Shown in pieces: positions 37,616 through 52,600 of a DNA stretch of 64,000 nucleotides. Position numbers and translations under genes: made by a program. The notes below the pieces were generated by a model that had not been told where the DNA came from, did no database searches, and saw nothing but the letters and a program-made list of their open reading frames with translations. This stretch comes from Eledone cirrhosa. Taxonomy: Eukaryota. Within the stretch, counting starts at the first letter, position 1. Every line of letters begins with the position of its first letter. The stretch is taken from positions 102,176,001 to 102,240,000 of the forward strand of contig OZ024744.1 in the NCBI GenBank assembly GCA_964016885.1. Direction: 5' to 3'.

Positions 37616-40600
37616 CCTGTGGTATGTGCATTATTAAAATCTATAACATTTATATTAAAAAGTTAAAATTTGTTTCAAGACTTCTCACTGGACAGGACAC
37701 CAGTCGATTCACTGGGTTAAAACCCCAAGGAGTGCTGGTACTTATTTTTAGCTGAGTGTACAGTAGCAACATGAAATGAAGCGTTTTGTTCAGGAATACA
37801 ACATAGCACTATAGCTATAAACCTAATTAGAACATACTACATTTCTAGACCTAATTAGAACATACTACATCTCTAGACCTAATTAGAACATACTACATCT
37901 CTAGACCTAATTAGAACATACTACATCTCTAGACCTAATTAGAGTATACTACATCTCTAGACCTAATTAGAACATACTACATCTCTAGACCTAATTAGAG
38001 TATACTACATCTCTAGACCTAATTAGAACATACTACATCTCTAGACCTAATTAGAGTATACTACATCTCTAGACCTAATTAGAGTATACTACATCTCTAG
38101 ACCTAATTAGAACATACTACATCTCTAGACCTAATTAGAGTATACTACATCTCTAGACCTAATTAGAACATACTACATCTCTAGACCTAATTAGAACATA
38201 CTACATCTCTAGACCTAATTAGAACATACTACATCTCTAGACCTAATTAGAACATACTACATCTCTAGACCTAATTAGAGTATACTACATCTCTAGACCT
38301 AATTAGAACATACTACATCTCTAGACCTAATTAGAACATACTACATCTCTAGACCTAATTAGAACATAGTACATCTCTAGACCTAATTAGAGTATACTAC
38401 ATCTCTAGACCTAATTAGAACATACTACATCTCTAGACCTAATTAGAACATACTACATCTCTAGACCTAATTAGAACATACTACATCTCTAGACCTAATT
38501 AGAACATACTACATCTCTAGACCTAATTAGAACATACTGCATCTCTAGACCTAATTAGAACATACTACATCTCTAGACCTAATTAGAACATACTGCATCT
38601 CTAGACCTAATTAGGACATACTCCATCTCTAGACCTAATTAGAACATACTGCATCTCTAGACCTAATTCGAACATACTACATCTCTAGACCTAATTAGAA
38701 CATACTACATCTCTAGACCTAATTAGAACATACTACATCTCTAGACCTAATTAGAACATACTACATCTCTAGACCTAATTAGAACATAGTACATCTCTAG
38801 ACCTAATTAGAACATACTACATCTCTAGACCTAATTAGAGTATACTACATCTCTAGACCTAATTAGAACATACTACATCTCTAGACCTACTTAGAACATA
38901 CTACATCTCTAGACCTAATTAGAACATACTGCATCTCTAGACCTAATTAGAACATACTACATCTCTAGACCTAATTAGAACATACTACATCTCTAGACCT
39001 AATTAGAACATACATCTCTAGACCTAGTTAGAGTATACTACATCTCTAGACCTAATTAGAACATACTACATCTCTAGACCTAATTAGAACATACTACATC
39101 TCTAGACCTAATTAGAGTATACTGCATCTCTAGACCTAATTAGAACATACTACATCTCTAGACCTAATTAGAACATACATCTCTAGACCTAATTAGAGTA
39201 TACTACATCTCTAGACCTAATTAGAGTATACTACATCTCTAGACCTAATTAGAACATACTACATCTCTAGACCTAATTAGAACATACTACATCTCTAGAC
39301 CTAATTAGAACATACTACATGTCTAGACCTAATTAGAACATACTACATCTCTAGACCTAATTAGAGTATACTACATCTCTAGACCTAATTAGAACATACA
39401 TCTCTAGACCTAATTAGAACATACATCTCTAGACCTAATTAGAACATACATCTCTAGACCTAATTAGAACATACTACATCTCTAGACCTAATTAGAACAT
39501 ACTACATGTCTAGACCTAATTAGAACATACTACATCTCTAGACCTAATTAGAGTATACTACATCTCTAGACCTAATTAGAACATAGTACATCTCTAGACC
39601 TAATTAGAACATACTACATCTCTAGACTTAATTAGAGTATACTACATCTCTAGACCTAATTAGAACATACTACATCTCTAGACCTACTTAGAACATACTA
39701 CATCTCTAGACCTAATTAGAACATACTGCATCTCTAGACCTAATTAGAACATACTACATCTCTAGACCTAATTAGAACATACTACATCTCTAGACCTAAT
39801 TAGAACATACATCTCTAGACCTAATTAGAGTATACTACATCTCTAGACCTAATTAGAACATACTACATCTCTAGACCTAATTAGAACATACTACATCTCT
39901 AGACCTAATTAGAGTATACTGCATCTCTAGACCTAATTAGAACATACTACATCTCTAGACCTAATTAGAACATACTACATCTCTAGACCTAATTAGAACA
40001 TACTGCATCTCTAGACCTAATTAGAACATACTACATCTCTAGACCTAATTAGAACATACATCTCTAGACCTAATTAGAACATACTACATCTCTAGACCTA
40101 ATTAGAACATACTACATGTCTAGACCTAATTAGAACATACTACATCTCTAGACCTAATTAGAGTATACTACATCTCTAGACCTAATTAGAACATACATCT
40201 CTAGACCTAATTAGAACATACATCTCTAGACCTAATTAGAACATACTACATCTCTAGACCTAATTAGAACATACTACATCTCTAGACCTAATTAGAACAT
40301 ACTACATGTCTAGACCTAATTAGAACATACTACATCTCTAGACCTAATTAGAACATACTACATGTCTAGACCTAATTAGAACATACTACATCTCTAGACC
40401 TAATTAGAGTATACTACATCTCTAGACCTAATTAGAACATACTACATCTCTAGACCTAATTAGAACATACTGCATCTCTAGACCTAATTAGAGTATACTA
40501 CATCTCTAGACCTAATTAGAACATACTACATCTCTAGACCTAATTAGAACATACTACATCTCTAGACCTAATTAGAACATACTACATGTCTAGACCTAAT

Positions 40601-43600
40601 TAGAACATACTACATCTCTAGACCTAATTAGAGTATACTACATCTCTAGACCTAATTAGAGTATACATCTCTAGACCTAATTAGAACATACATCTCTAGA
40701 CCTAATTAGAACATACTACATCTCTAGACCTAATTAGAACATACTACATGTCTAGACCTAATTAGAACATACTACATCTCTAGACCTAATTAGAGTATAC
40801 TACATCTCTAGACCTAATTAGAACATACATCTCTAGACCTAATTAGAACATACATCTCTAGACCTAATTAGAACATACTACATCTCTAGACCTAATTAGA
40901 ACATACTACAGCTCTAGACCTAATTAGAACATATTACATCTCTAGACCTAATTAGAGTATACTACATCTCTAGACCTAATTAGAACATACTACATCTCTA
41001 GACCTAATTAGAGTATACTACATCTCTAGACCTAATTAGAACATACTACATCTCTAGACCTAATTAGAACATACTACATCTCTAGACCTAATTAGAACAT
41101 ACTACATCTCTAGACCTAATTAGAACATACTACATCTCTAGACCTAATTAGAACATACTACATCTCTAGACCTAATTAGAAGATACTAGATCTCTAGACC
41201 TAATTAGAGTATACTACATCTCTAGACCTATTTAGAACATACTACATCTCTAGACCTAATTAGAACATACATCTCTAGACCTAATTAGAGTATACTACAT
41301 CTCTAGACCTAATTAGAACATACTACATCTCTAGACCTAATTAGAGTATACTACATCTCTAGACCTAATTAGAACATACTACATCTCTAGACCTAATTAG
41401 AACATACTACATCTCTAGACCTAATTAGAACATACTACATCTCTAGACCTAATTAGAACATACTACATCTCTAGACCTAATTAGAACATACTACATTTCT
41501 AGACCTAATTAGAACATACTACATTTCTAGACCTAATTAGAACATACTACATCTCTAGACCTAATTAGAACATACTACATCTCTAGACCTAATTAGAGTA
41601 TACTACATCTCTAGACCTAATTAGAACATACTACATCTCTAGACCTAATTAGAACATACTACATCTCTAGACCTAATTAGAACATACTACATCTCTAGAC
41701 CTAATTAGAGTATACTACATCTCTAGACCTAATTAGAACATACTACATCTCTAGACCTAATTAGAGTATACTACATCTCTAGACCTAATTAGAGTATACT
41801 ACATCTCTAGACCTAATTAGAACATACTACATCTCTAGACCTAATTAGAGTATACTACATCTCTAGACCTAATTAGAACATACTACATCTCTAGACCTAA
41901 TTAGAACATACTACATCTCTAGACCTAATTAGAACATACTACATCTCTAGACCTAATTAGAACATACTACATCTCTAGACCTAATTAGTGTATACTACAT
42001 CTCTAGACCTAATTAGAACATACTACATCTCTAGACCTAATTAGAACATACTACATCTCTAGACCTAATTAGAACATAGTACATCTCTAGACCTAATTAG
42101 AGTATACTACATCTCTAGACCTAATTAGAACATACTACATCTCTAGACCTAATTAGAACATACTACATCTCTAGACCTAATTAGAACATACTACATCTCT
42201 AGACCTAATTAGAACATACTACATCTCTAGACCTAATTAGAACATACTGCATCTCTAGACCTAATTAGAACATACTACATCTCTAGACCTAATTAGAACA
42301 TACTGCATCTCTAGACCTAATTAGGACATACTCCATCTCTAGACCTAATTAGAACATACTGCATCTCTAGACCTAATTAGAACATACTACATCTCTAGAC
42401 CTAATTAGAACATACTACATCTCTAGACCTAATTAGAACATACATCTCTAGACCTAATTAGAACATACTACATCTCTAGACCTAATTAGAACATACTACA
42501 TCTCTAGACCTAATTAGAACATACTACATCTCTAGACCTAATTAGAGTATACTACATCTCTAGACCTAATTAGAACATACTACATCTCTAGACCTAATTA
42601 GAACATACTACATCTCTAGACCTACTTAGAACATACTACATCTCTAGACCTAATTAGAACATACTGCATCTCTAGACCTAATTAGAACATACTACATCTC
42701 TAGACCTAATTAGAACATACTACATCTCTAGACCTAATTAGAACATACATCTCTAGACCTAGTTAGAGTATACTACATCTCTAGACCTAATTAGAACATA
42801 CTACATCTCTAGACCTAATTAGAACATACTACATCTCTAGACCTAATTAGAGTATACTGCATCTCTAGACCTAATTAGAACATACTACATCTCTAGACCT
42901 AATTAGAACATACATCTCTAGACCTAATTAGAGTATACTACATCTCTAGACCTAATTAGAGTATACTACATCTCTAGACCTAATTAGAACATACTACATC
43001 TCTAGACCTAATTAGAACATACTACATCTCTAGACCTAATTAGAACATACTACATGTCTAGACCTAATTAGAACATACTACATCTCTAGACCTAATTAGA
43101 GTATACTACATCTCTAGACCTAATTAGAACATAGTACATCTCTAGACCTAATTAGAACATACTACATCTCTAGACCTAATTAGAGTATACTACATCTCTA
43201 GACCTAATTAGAACATACTACATCTCTAGACCTACTTAGAACATACTACATCTCTAGACCTAATTAGAACATACTGCATCTCTAGACCTAATTAGAACAT
43301 ACTACATCTCTAGACCTAATTAGAACATACATCTCTAGACCTAATTAGAGTATACTACATCTCTAGACCTAATTAGAACATACTACATCTCTAGACCTAA
43401 TTAGAACATACTACATCTCTAGACCTAATTAGAGTATACTGCATCTCTAGACCTAATTAGAACATACTACATCTCTAGACCTAATTAGAACATACTACAT
43501 CTCTAGACCTAATTAGAACATACTGCATCTCTAGACCTAATTAGAACATACTACATCTCTAGACCTAATTAGAACATACATCTCTAGACCTAATTAGAAC

Positions 43601-46600
43601 ATACTACATCTCTAGACCTAATTAGAACATACTACATGTCTAGACCTAATTAGAACATACTACATCTCTAGACCTAATTAGAGTATACTACATCTCTAGA
43701 CCTAATTAGAACATACATCTCTAGACCTAATTAGAACATACATCTCTAGACCTAATTAGAACATACTACATCTCTAGACCTAATTAGAGTATACTACATC
43801 TCTAGACCTAATTAGAACATACTACATCTCTAGACCTAATTAGAACATACTACATCTCTAGACCTAATTAGAACATACTACATGTCTAGACCTAATTAGA
43901 ACATACTACATCTCTAGACCTAATTAGAGTATACTACATCTCTAGACCTAATTAGAACATACATCTCTAGACCTAATTAGAACATACATCTCTAGACCTA
44001 ATTAGAACATACTACATGTCTAGACCTAATTAGAACATACATCTCTAGACCTAATTAGAGTATACTACATCTCTAGACCTAATTAGAACATACTACATCT
44101 CTAGACCTAATTAGAACATACTACATCTCTAGACCTAATTAGAACATACTACATCTCTAGACCTAATTAGAGTATACTACATCTCTAGACCTAATTAGAA
44201 CATACTACATCTCTAGACCTAATTAGAACATACTACATCTCTAGACCTAATTAGAACATACTACATGTCTAGACCTAATTAGAACATACTACATCTCTAG
44301 ACCTAATTAGAACATACATCTCTAGACCTAATTAGAACATACTACATCTCTAGACCTAATTAGAACATACTACATGTCTAGACCTAATTAGAACATACTA
44401 CATCTCTAGACCTAATTAGAGTATACTACATCTCTAGACCTAATTAGAACATACATCTCTAGACCTAATTAGAACATACATCTCTAGACCTAATTAGAAC
44501 ATACTACATCTCTAGACCTAATTAGAACATACTACAGCTCTAGACCTAATTAGAACATATTACATCTCTAGACCTAATTAGAGTATACTACATCTCTAGA
44601 CCTAATTAGAACATACTACATCTCTAGACCTAATTAGAGTATACTACATCTCTAGACCTAATTAGAACATACTACATCTCTAGACCTAATTAGAACATAC
44701 AACATCTCTAGACCTAATTAGAACATACTACATCTCTAGACCTAATTAGAACATACATCTCTAGACCTAATTAGAACATACTACATCTCTAGACCTAATT
44801 AGAACATACTACATCTCTAGACCTAATTAGAAGATACTAGATCTCTAGACCTAATTAGAGTATACTACATCTCTAGACCTATTTAGAACATACTACATCT
44901 CTAGACCTAATTAGAACATACATCTCTAGACCTAATTAGAGTATACTACATCTCTAGACCTAATTAGAACATACTACATCTCTAGACCTAATTAGAGTAT
45001 ACTACATCTCTAGACCTAATTAGAACATACTACATCTCTAGACCTAATTAGAACATACTACATCTCTAGACCTAATTAGAACATACTACATCTCTAGACC
45101 TAATTAGAGTATACTACATCTCTAGACCTAATTAGAACATACTACATCTCTAGACCTAATTAGAGTATACTACATCTCTAGACCTAATTAGAACATACTA
45201 CATCTCTAGACCTAATTAGAACATACTACATCTCTAGACCTAATTAGAACATACTCCATCTCTAGACCTAATTAGAACATACTACATCTCTAGACCTAAT
45301 TAGAACATACTACATCTCTAGACCTAATTAGAACATACTACACCTCTAGACCTAATTAGAACATACTACATCTCTAGACCTAATTAGAACATACTACATC
45401 TCTAGACCTAATTAGAACATACTACATATCTAGACCTAATTAGAGTATACTACATGTCTAGACCTAATTAGAACATACTACATCTCTAGACCTAATTAGA
45501 ACATACTGCATCTCTAGACCTAATTAGAACATACATCTCTAGACCTAATTAGAATATACTACATCTCTAGACCTAATTAGAACATACTACATCTTTAGAC
45601 CTAATTAGAACATACTACATCTCTAGACCTAATTAGAACATACTGCATCTCTAGACCTAATTAGAACATACTGCATCTCTAGACCTAATTAGAACATACT
45701 ACATCTCTAGACCTAATTAGAACATACTACATCTCTAGACCTAATTAGAACATACTACATCTCTAGACCTAATTAGAACATACTACATCTCTAGACCTAA
45801 TTAGAACATACTACATCTCTAGACCTAATTAGAGTATACTACATCTCTAGACCTAATTAGAACATACTACATCTCTAGACCTAATTAGAACATACTACAT
45901 CTCTAGACCTAATTAGAACATACTACATCTCTAGACCTAATTAGAACATACATCTCTAGACCTAATTAGAACATACTACATCTCTAGACCTAATTAGAAC
46001 ATACTCCATCTCTAGACCTAATTAGAACATACTACATCTCTAGACCTAATTAGAACATACTACATCTCTAGACCTAATTAGAACATACTACATCTCTAGA
46101 CCTAATTAGAACATACTACATCTCTAGACCTAATTAGAACATACTCCATCTCTAGACCTAATTAGAACATACTCCATGTCTAGACCTAATTAGAACATAC
46201 TACATGTCTAGACCTAATTAGAACATACTACATCTCTAGTCCTAATTAGAACATACTGCATCTCTAGACCTAATTAGAACATACTGCATCTCTAGACCTA
46301 ATTAGAACATACTCCATCTCTAGACCTAATTAGAACATACTCCATCTCTAGACCTAATTAGAACATACTACATCTCTAGACCTAATTAGAACATACATCT
46401 CTAGACCTAATTAGAACATACTGCATCTTTAGACCTAATTAGAACATACTGCATCTCTAGACCTAATTAGAACATACTACATCTCTAGACCTAATTAGAA
46501 CATACTACATCTCTAGACCTAATTAGAGTATACTACATCTCTAGACCTAATTAGAACATACTACATGTCTAGACCTAATTAGAACATACTACATGTCTAG

Positions 46601-49600
46601 ACCTAATTAGAACATACATCTCTAGACCTAATTAGAACATACATCTCTATACCTAATTAGAACATACATCTCTATACCTAATTAGAACATACATCTCTAT
46701 ACCTAATTAGAACATACTACATCTCTAGACCTAATTAGAACATACTACATCTCTAGACCTAATTAGAGTATACTACATCTCTAAACCTAATTAGAACATA
46801 CTACATCTCTAGACCTAATTAGAACATACATCTCTAGAGCTAATTAGAACATACTCCATCTCTAGACCTAATTAGAACATACATGTCTAGACCTAATTAG
46901 AACATACTACATCTCTAGACCTAATTAGAGTATACTACATCTCTAGACCTAATGAGAACATACTACATCTCTAGACCTAATTAGAACATAGTACATCTCT
47001 AGACCTAATTAGAACATACATCTCTAGACCTAATTAGAGTATACTACATCTCTAGACCTAATTAGAACATACTACATGTCTAGACCTAATTAGAACATAC
47101 TACATCTCTAGACCTAATTAGAACATACTACATCTCTAGACCTAATTAGAACATACTACATCTCTAGACCTAATTAGAACATACTACATCCTTAGACCTA
47201 ATTAGAACATACTACATCTCTAGACCTAATTAGAACATACTACATGTCTAGACCTAATTAGAACATACTACATCTCTAGACCTAATTAGAGTATACTACA
47301 TCTCTAAACCTAATTAGAACATACTACATCTCTAGACCTAATTAGAACATACTACATGTCTAGACCTAATTAGAACATACTACATCTCTAGACCTAATTA
47401 GAGTATACTACATCTCTAGACCTAATTAGAACATACTACATCTCTAGACCTAATTAGAACATACTACATCTCTAGACCTAATTAGAGTATACTACATCTC
47501 TAGACCTAATTAGAACATACTACATCTCTAGACCTAATTAGAACATACTACATCTCTAGACCTAATTAGAACATACTACATCTCTAGACCTAATTAGAAC
47601 ATACTACATCTCTAGACCTAATTAGAGTATACTACATCTCTAGACCTAATTAGAACATACTCCATCTCTAGACCTAATTAGAACATACTACATCTCTAGA
47701 GCTAATTAGAACATACTACATCTCTAGAGCTAATTAGAACATACTACATCTCTAGACCTAATTAGAACATACTACATCTCTAGACCTAATTAGAACATAC
47801 TGCATCTTTAGACCTAATTAGAACATACTGCATCTTTAGACCTAATTAGAACATACTACATCTCTAGACCTAATTAGAACATACTACATCTCTAGACCTA
47901 ATTAGAGTATACTACATCTCTAGACCTAATTAGAACATACTACATCTCTAGACCTAATTAGAACATACTACATCTCTAGACCTAATTAGAACATACATCT
48001 CTAGACCTAATTAGAACATACTACATCTCTAGACCTAATTAGAGTATACTACATCTCTAGACCTAATTAGAACATACTACATCTCTAGATCTAATTAGAA
48101 CATACTACATCTCTAGACCTAATTAGAACATAGTACATCTCTAGACCTAATTAGAACATACTACATCTCTAGACCTAATTAGAACATACTCCATCTCTAG
48201 ACCTAATTAGAACATACTACATCTTTAGACCTAATTAGAACATACTACATCTCTAGACCTAATTAGAACATACTCCATATCTAGACCTAATTAGAACATA
48301 GTACATCTCTAGACCTAATTAGAACATACTACATCTCTAGACCTAATTAGAGTATACTACATCTCTAGACCTAATTAGAACATACTACATCTCTAGACCT
48401 AATTAGAACATACTGCATCTTTAGACCTAATTAGAACATACTCCATCTCTAGACCTAATTAGAACATACTATATCTCTAGACCTAATTAGAACATACTCC
48501 ATCTCTAGACCTAATTAGAACATAGTACATCTCTAGACCTAATTAGAACATACTGCATCTTTAGACCTAATTAGAACATACTCCATCTCTAGACCTAATT
48601 AGAACATACTACATCTCTAGACCTAATTAGAACATACTGCATCTTTAGACCTAATTAGAACATACTCCATCTCTAGACCTAATTAGAACATACTCCATCT
48701 CTAGACCTAATTAGAACATACTCCATCTCTAGACCTAATTAGAACATACTCCATCTCTAGACCTAATTAGAACATAGTACATCTCTAGACCTAATTAGAA
48801 CATAGTACATCTCTAGACCTAATTAGAACATACTACATCTCTAGACCTAATTAGAGTATACTACATCTCTAGACCTAATTAGAACATACTACATCTCTAG
48901 ACCTAATTAGAACATACTGCATCTTTAGACCTAATTAGAACATACTCCATCTCTAGACCTAATTAGAACATACTCCATCTCTAGACCTAATTAGAACATA
49001 CTGCATCTCTAGACCTAATTAGAACATACTACATCTCTAGACCTAATTAGAACATACTACATCTCTAGAGCTAATTAGAACATATCTCTAGACCTAATTA
49101 GAACATACTCCATCTCTAGACCTAATTAGAGTATACTACATCTCTAGACCTAATTAGAACATACTACATCTCTAGACCTAATTAGAACATACTACATCTC
49201 TAGACATAATTAGAACATACTACATCTTTAGACCTAATTAGAACATACTACATCTCTAGACCTAATTAGAACATACTCCATCTCTAGACCTAATTAGAGT
49301 ATACTACATCTCTAGACCTAATTAGAACATACTACATCTCTAGACCTAATTAGAACATACTCCATCTCTAGACCTAATTAGAACATACTACATCTCTAGA
49401 CCTAATTAGAACATACTACATCTCTAGACCTAATTAGGACATACTACATGTCTAGACCTAATTAGAACATACTACATCTCTAGACCTAATTAGAACATAC
49501 TACATCTCTAGACCTAATTAGAACATACTACATCTCTAGACCTAATTAGAACATACTACATCTCTAGACCTAATTAGAACATACTACATCTCTAGACCTA

Positions 49601-52600
49601 ATTAGAGTATACTACATCTCTAGACCTAATTAGAACATACTACATCTCTAGACCTAATTAGAACATACTACATCTCTAGACCTAATCAGAACATACTACA
49701 TCTCTAGACCTAATCAGAACATACTACATCTCTAGACCTAATTAGAACATACTACATCTCTAGACCTAATTAGAACATACTACATCTCTAGACCTAATTA
49801 GAACATACTACATCTCTAGACCTAATTAGAACATACTACATCTCTAGACCTAATTAGAACATACTGCATCTCTCGACCTAATTAGAACATACTACATCTC
49901 TAGACCTAATTAGAACATACTACATCTCTAGACCTAATTAGAACATACTACATCTCTAGACCTAATTAGAACATACTACATCTCTAGACCTAATTAGAAC
50001 ATACTGCATCTCTAGACCTAATTAGAACATACTACATCTCTAGACCTAATTAGAACATACTACATCTCTAGACCTAATTAGAACATACTACATCTCTAGA
50101 CCTAATTAGAACATACTGCATCTCTAGACCTAATTAGAACATACTACATCTCTAGACCTAATTAGAACATACACCTTTAGACCTAATTAGAACATACTAC
50201 ATCTCTAGACCTAATTAGAACATACTACATCTCTAGACCTAATTAGAACATACTACATCTCTAGACCTAATTAGAACATACTACATCTCTAGACCTAATT
50301 AGAACATACTACATCTCTAAACATAATTAGAACATACTACATCTCTAGACCTAATTAGAACATACATCTCTAGACCTAATTAGAACATACTCCATCTCTA
50401 GACCTAATTAGAACATACTACATCTCTAGACCTAATTAGAACATACTACATCTCTAGACCTAATTAGAGTATACTACATCTCTAGACCTAATTAGAACAT
50501 ACTACATCTCTAGACCTAATTAGAACATATCTCTAGACCTAATTAGAACATACTACATCTGTAGAGCTAATTAGAACATACTACATCTCTAGACTTAATT
50601 AGAGTATACTACATCTCTAGACCTAATTAGAACATACTGCATCTCTAGACCTAATTAGAACATACTACATCTCTAGACCTAATTAGAACATACTACATCT
50701 CTAGACCTAATTAGAACATACTACATATCTAGACCTAATTAAAACATATTACATCTCTAAACCTAATTAGAACACATCTCTAAACCTAATTAGAACATAC
50801 ATCTCTAAACATAATTAGAACATACTACATCTCTAGACCTAATCAGAACATACATCTCTAGACCTAATTAGAGTATACTACATCTCTAGACCTAAATAGA
50901 ACATACATCTCTAGACCTAATTAGAACATACTACATCTCTAGACCTAATTAGAACATACTACATCTCTAGACCTAATTAGAACATACTACATCTCTAGAC
51001 CTAATTAGAACATACTACATCTCTAGACCTAATTAGAACATACTACATCTCTAGACCTAATTAGAACATACTACATCTCTAGACCTAATTAGAACATACT
51101 ACATCTCTAGACCTAATTAGAACATACTACATCTCTAGACCTAATTAGAACATACTACATCTCTAGACCTAATTAGAACATACTACATCTCTAGACCTAA
51201 TTAGAACATACTACATCTCTAGACCTAATTAGAACATACTACATCTCTAGACCTAATTAGAACATACTACATCTCTAGACCTAATTAGAACAAACATCTC
51301 TGGACCTAATTAGGACATATATCTCTAGACCTAATTTGAACATATCTCTAGACCTAATTAGAACATACTACATCTCTAGACTTAATTAGAACATACTATG
51401 TCTCTAGACTTAATTAGAACATACATCTCTCGACCTTATTAGAACATACTGCATCTCTAGACCTAATTAGAACATACATCTCTAGACCAAATTAGAACAT
51501 ACTACAACTCTAGACCTAATTAGAACATACTACATCTCTAGACCTAATTAGAACATACTACATCTCTAGACCTAATTAGAACATACTACATCTCTAGACC
51601 TAATTAGAAGATACTAGATCTCTAGACCTAATTAGAGTATACTACATCTCTAGACCTATTTAGAACATACTACATCTCTAGACCTAATTAGAACATACAT
51701 CTCTAGACCTAATTAGAGTATACTACATCTCTAGACCTAATTAGAACATACTACATCTCTAGACCTAATTAGAGTATACTACATCTCTAGACCTAATTAG
51801 AACATACTACATCTCTAGACCTAATTAGAACATACTACATCTCTAGACCTAATTAGAACATACTACATCTCTAGACCTAATTAGAGTATACTACATCTCT
51901 AGACCTAATTAGAACATACTACATCTCTAGACCTAATTAGAGTATACTACATCTCTAGACCTAATTAGAACATACTACATCTCTAGACCTAATTAGAACA
52001 TACTACATCTCTAGACCTAATTAGAACATACTCCATCTCTAGACCTAATTAGAACATACTACATCTCTAGACCTAATTAGAACATACTACATCTCTAGAC
52101 CTAATTAGAACATACTACACCTCTAGACCTAATTAGAACATACTACATCTCTAGACCTAATTAGAACATACTACATCTCTAGACCTAATTAGAACATACT
52201 ACATCTCTAGACCTAATTAGAGTATACTACATGTCTAGACCTAATTAGAACATACTACATCTCTAGACCTAATTAGAACATACTGCATCTCTAGACCTAA
52301 TTAGAACATACATCTCTAGACCTAATTAGAATATACTACATCTCTAGACCTAATTAGAACATACTACATCTTTAGACCTAATTAGAACATACTACATCTC
52401 TAGACCTAATTAGAACATACTGCATCTCTAGACCTAATTAGAACATACTGCATCTCTAGACCTAATTAGAACATACTACATCTCTAGACCTAATTAGAAC
52501 ATACTACATCTCTAGACCTAATTAGAACATACTACATCTCTAGACCTAATTAGAACATACTACATCTCTAGACCTAATTAGAACATACTACATCTCTAGA

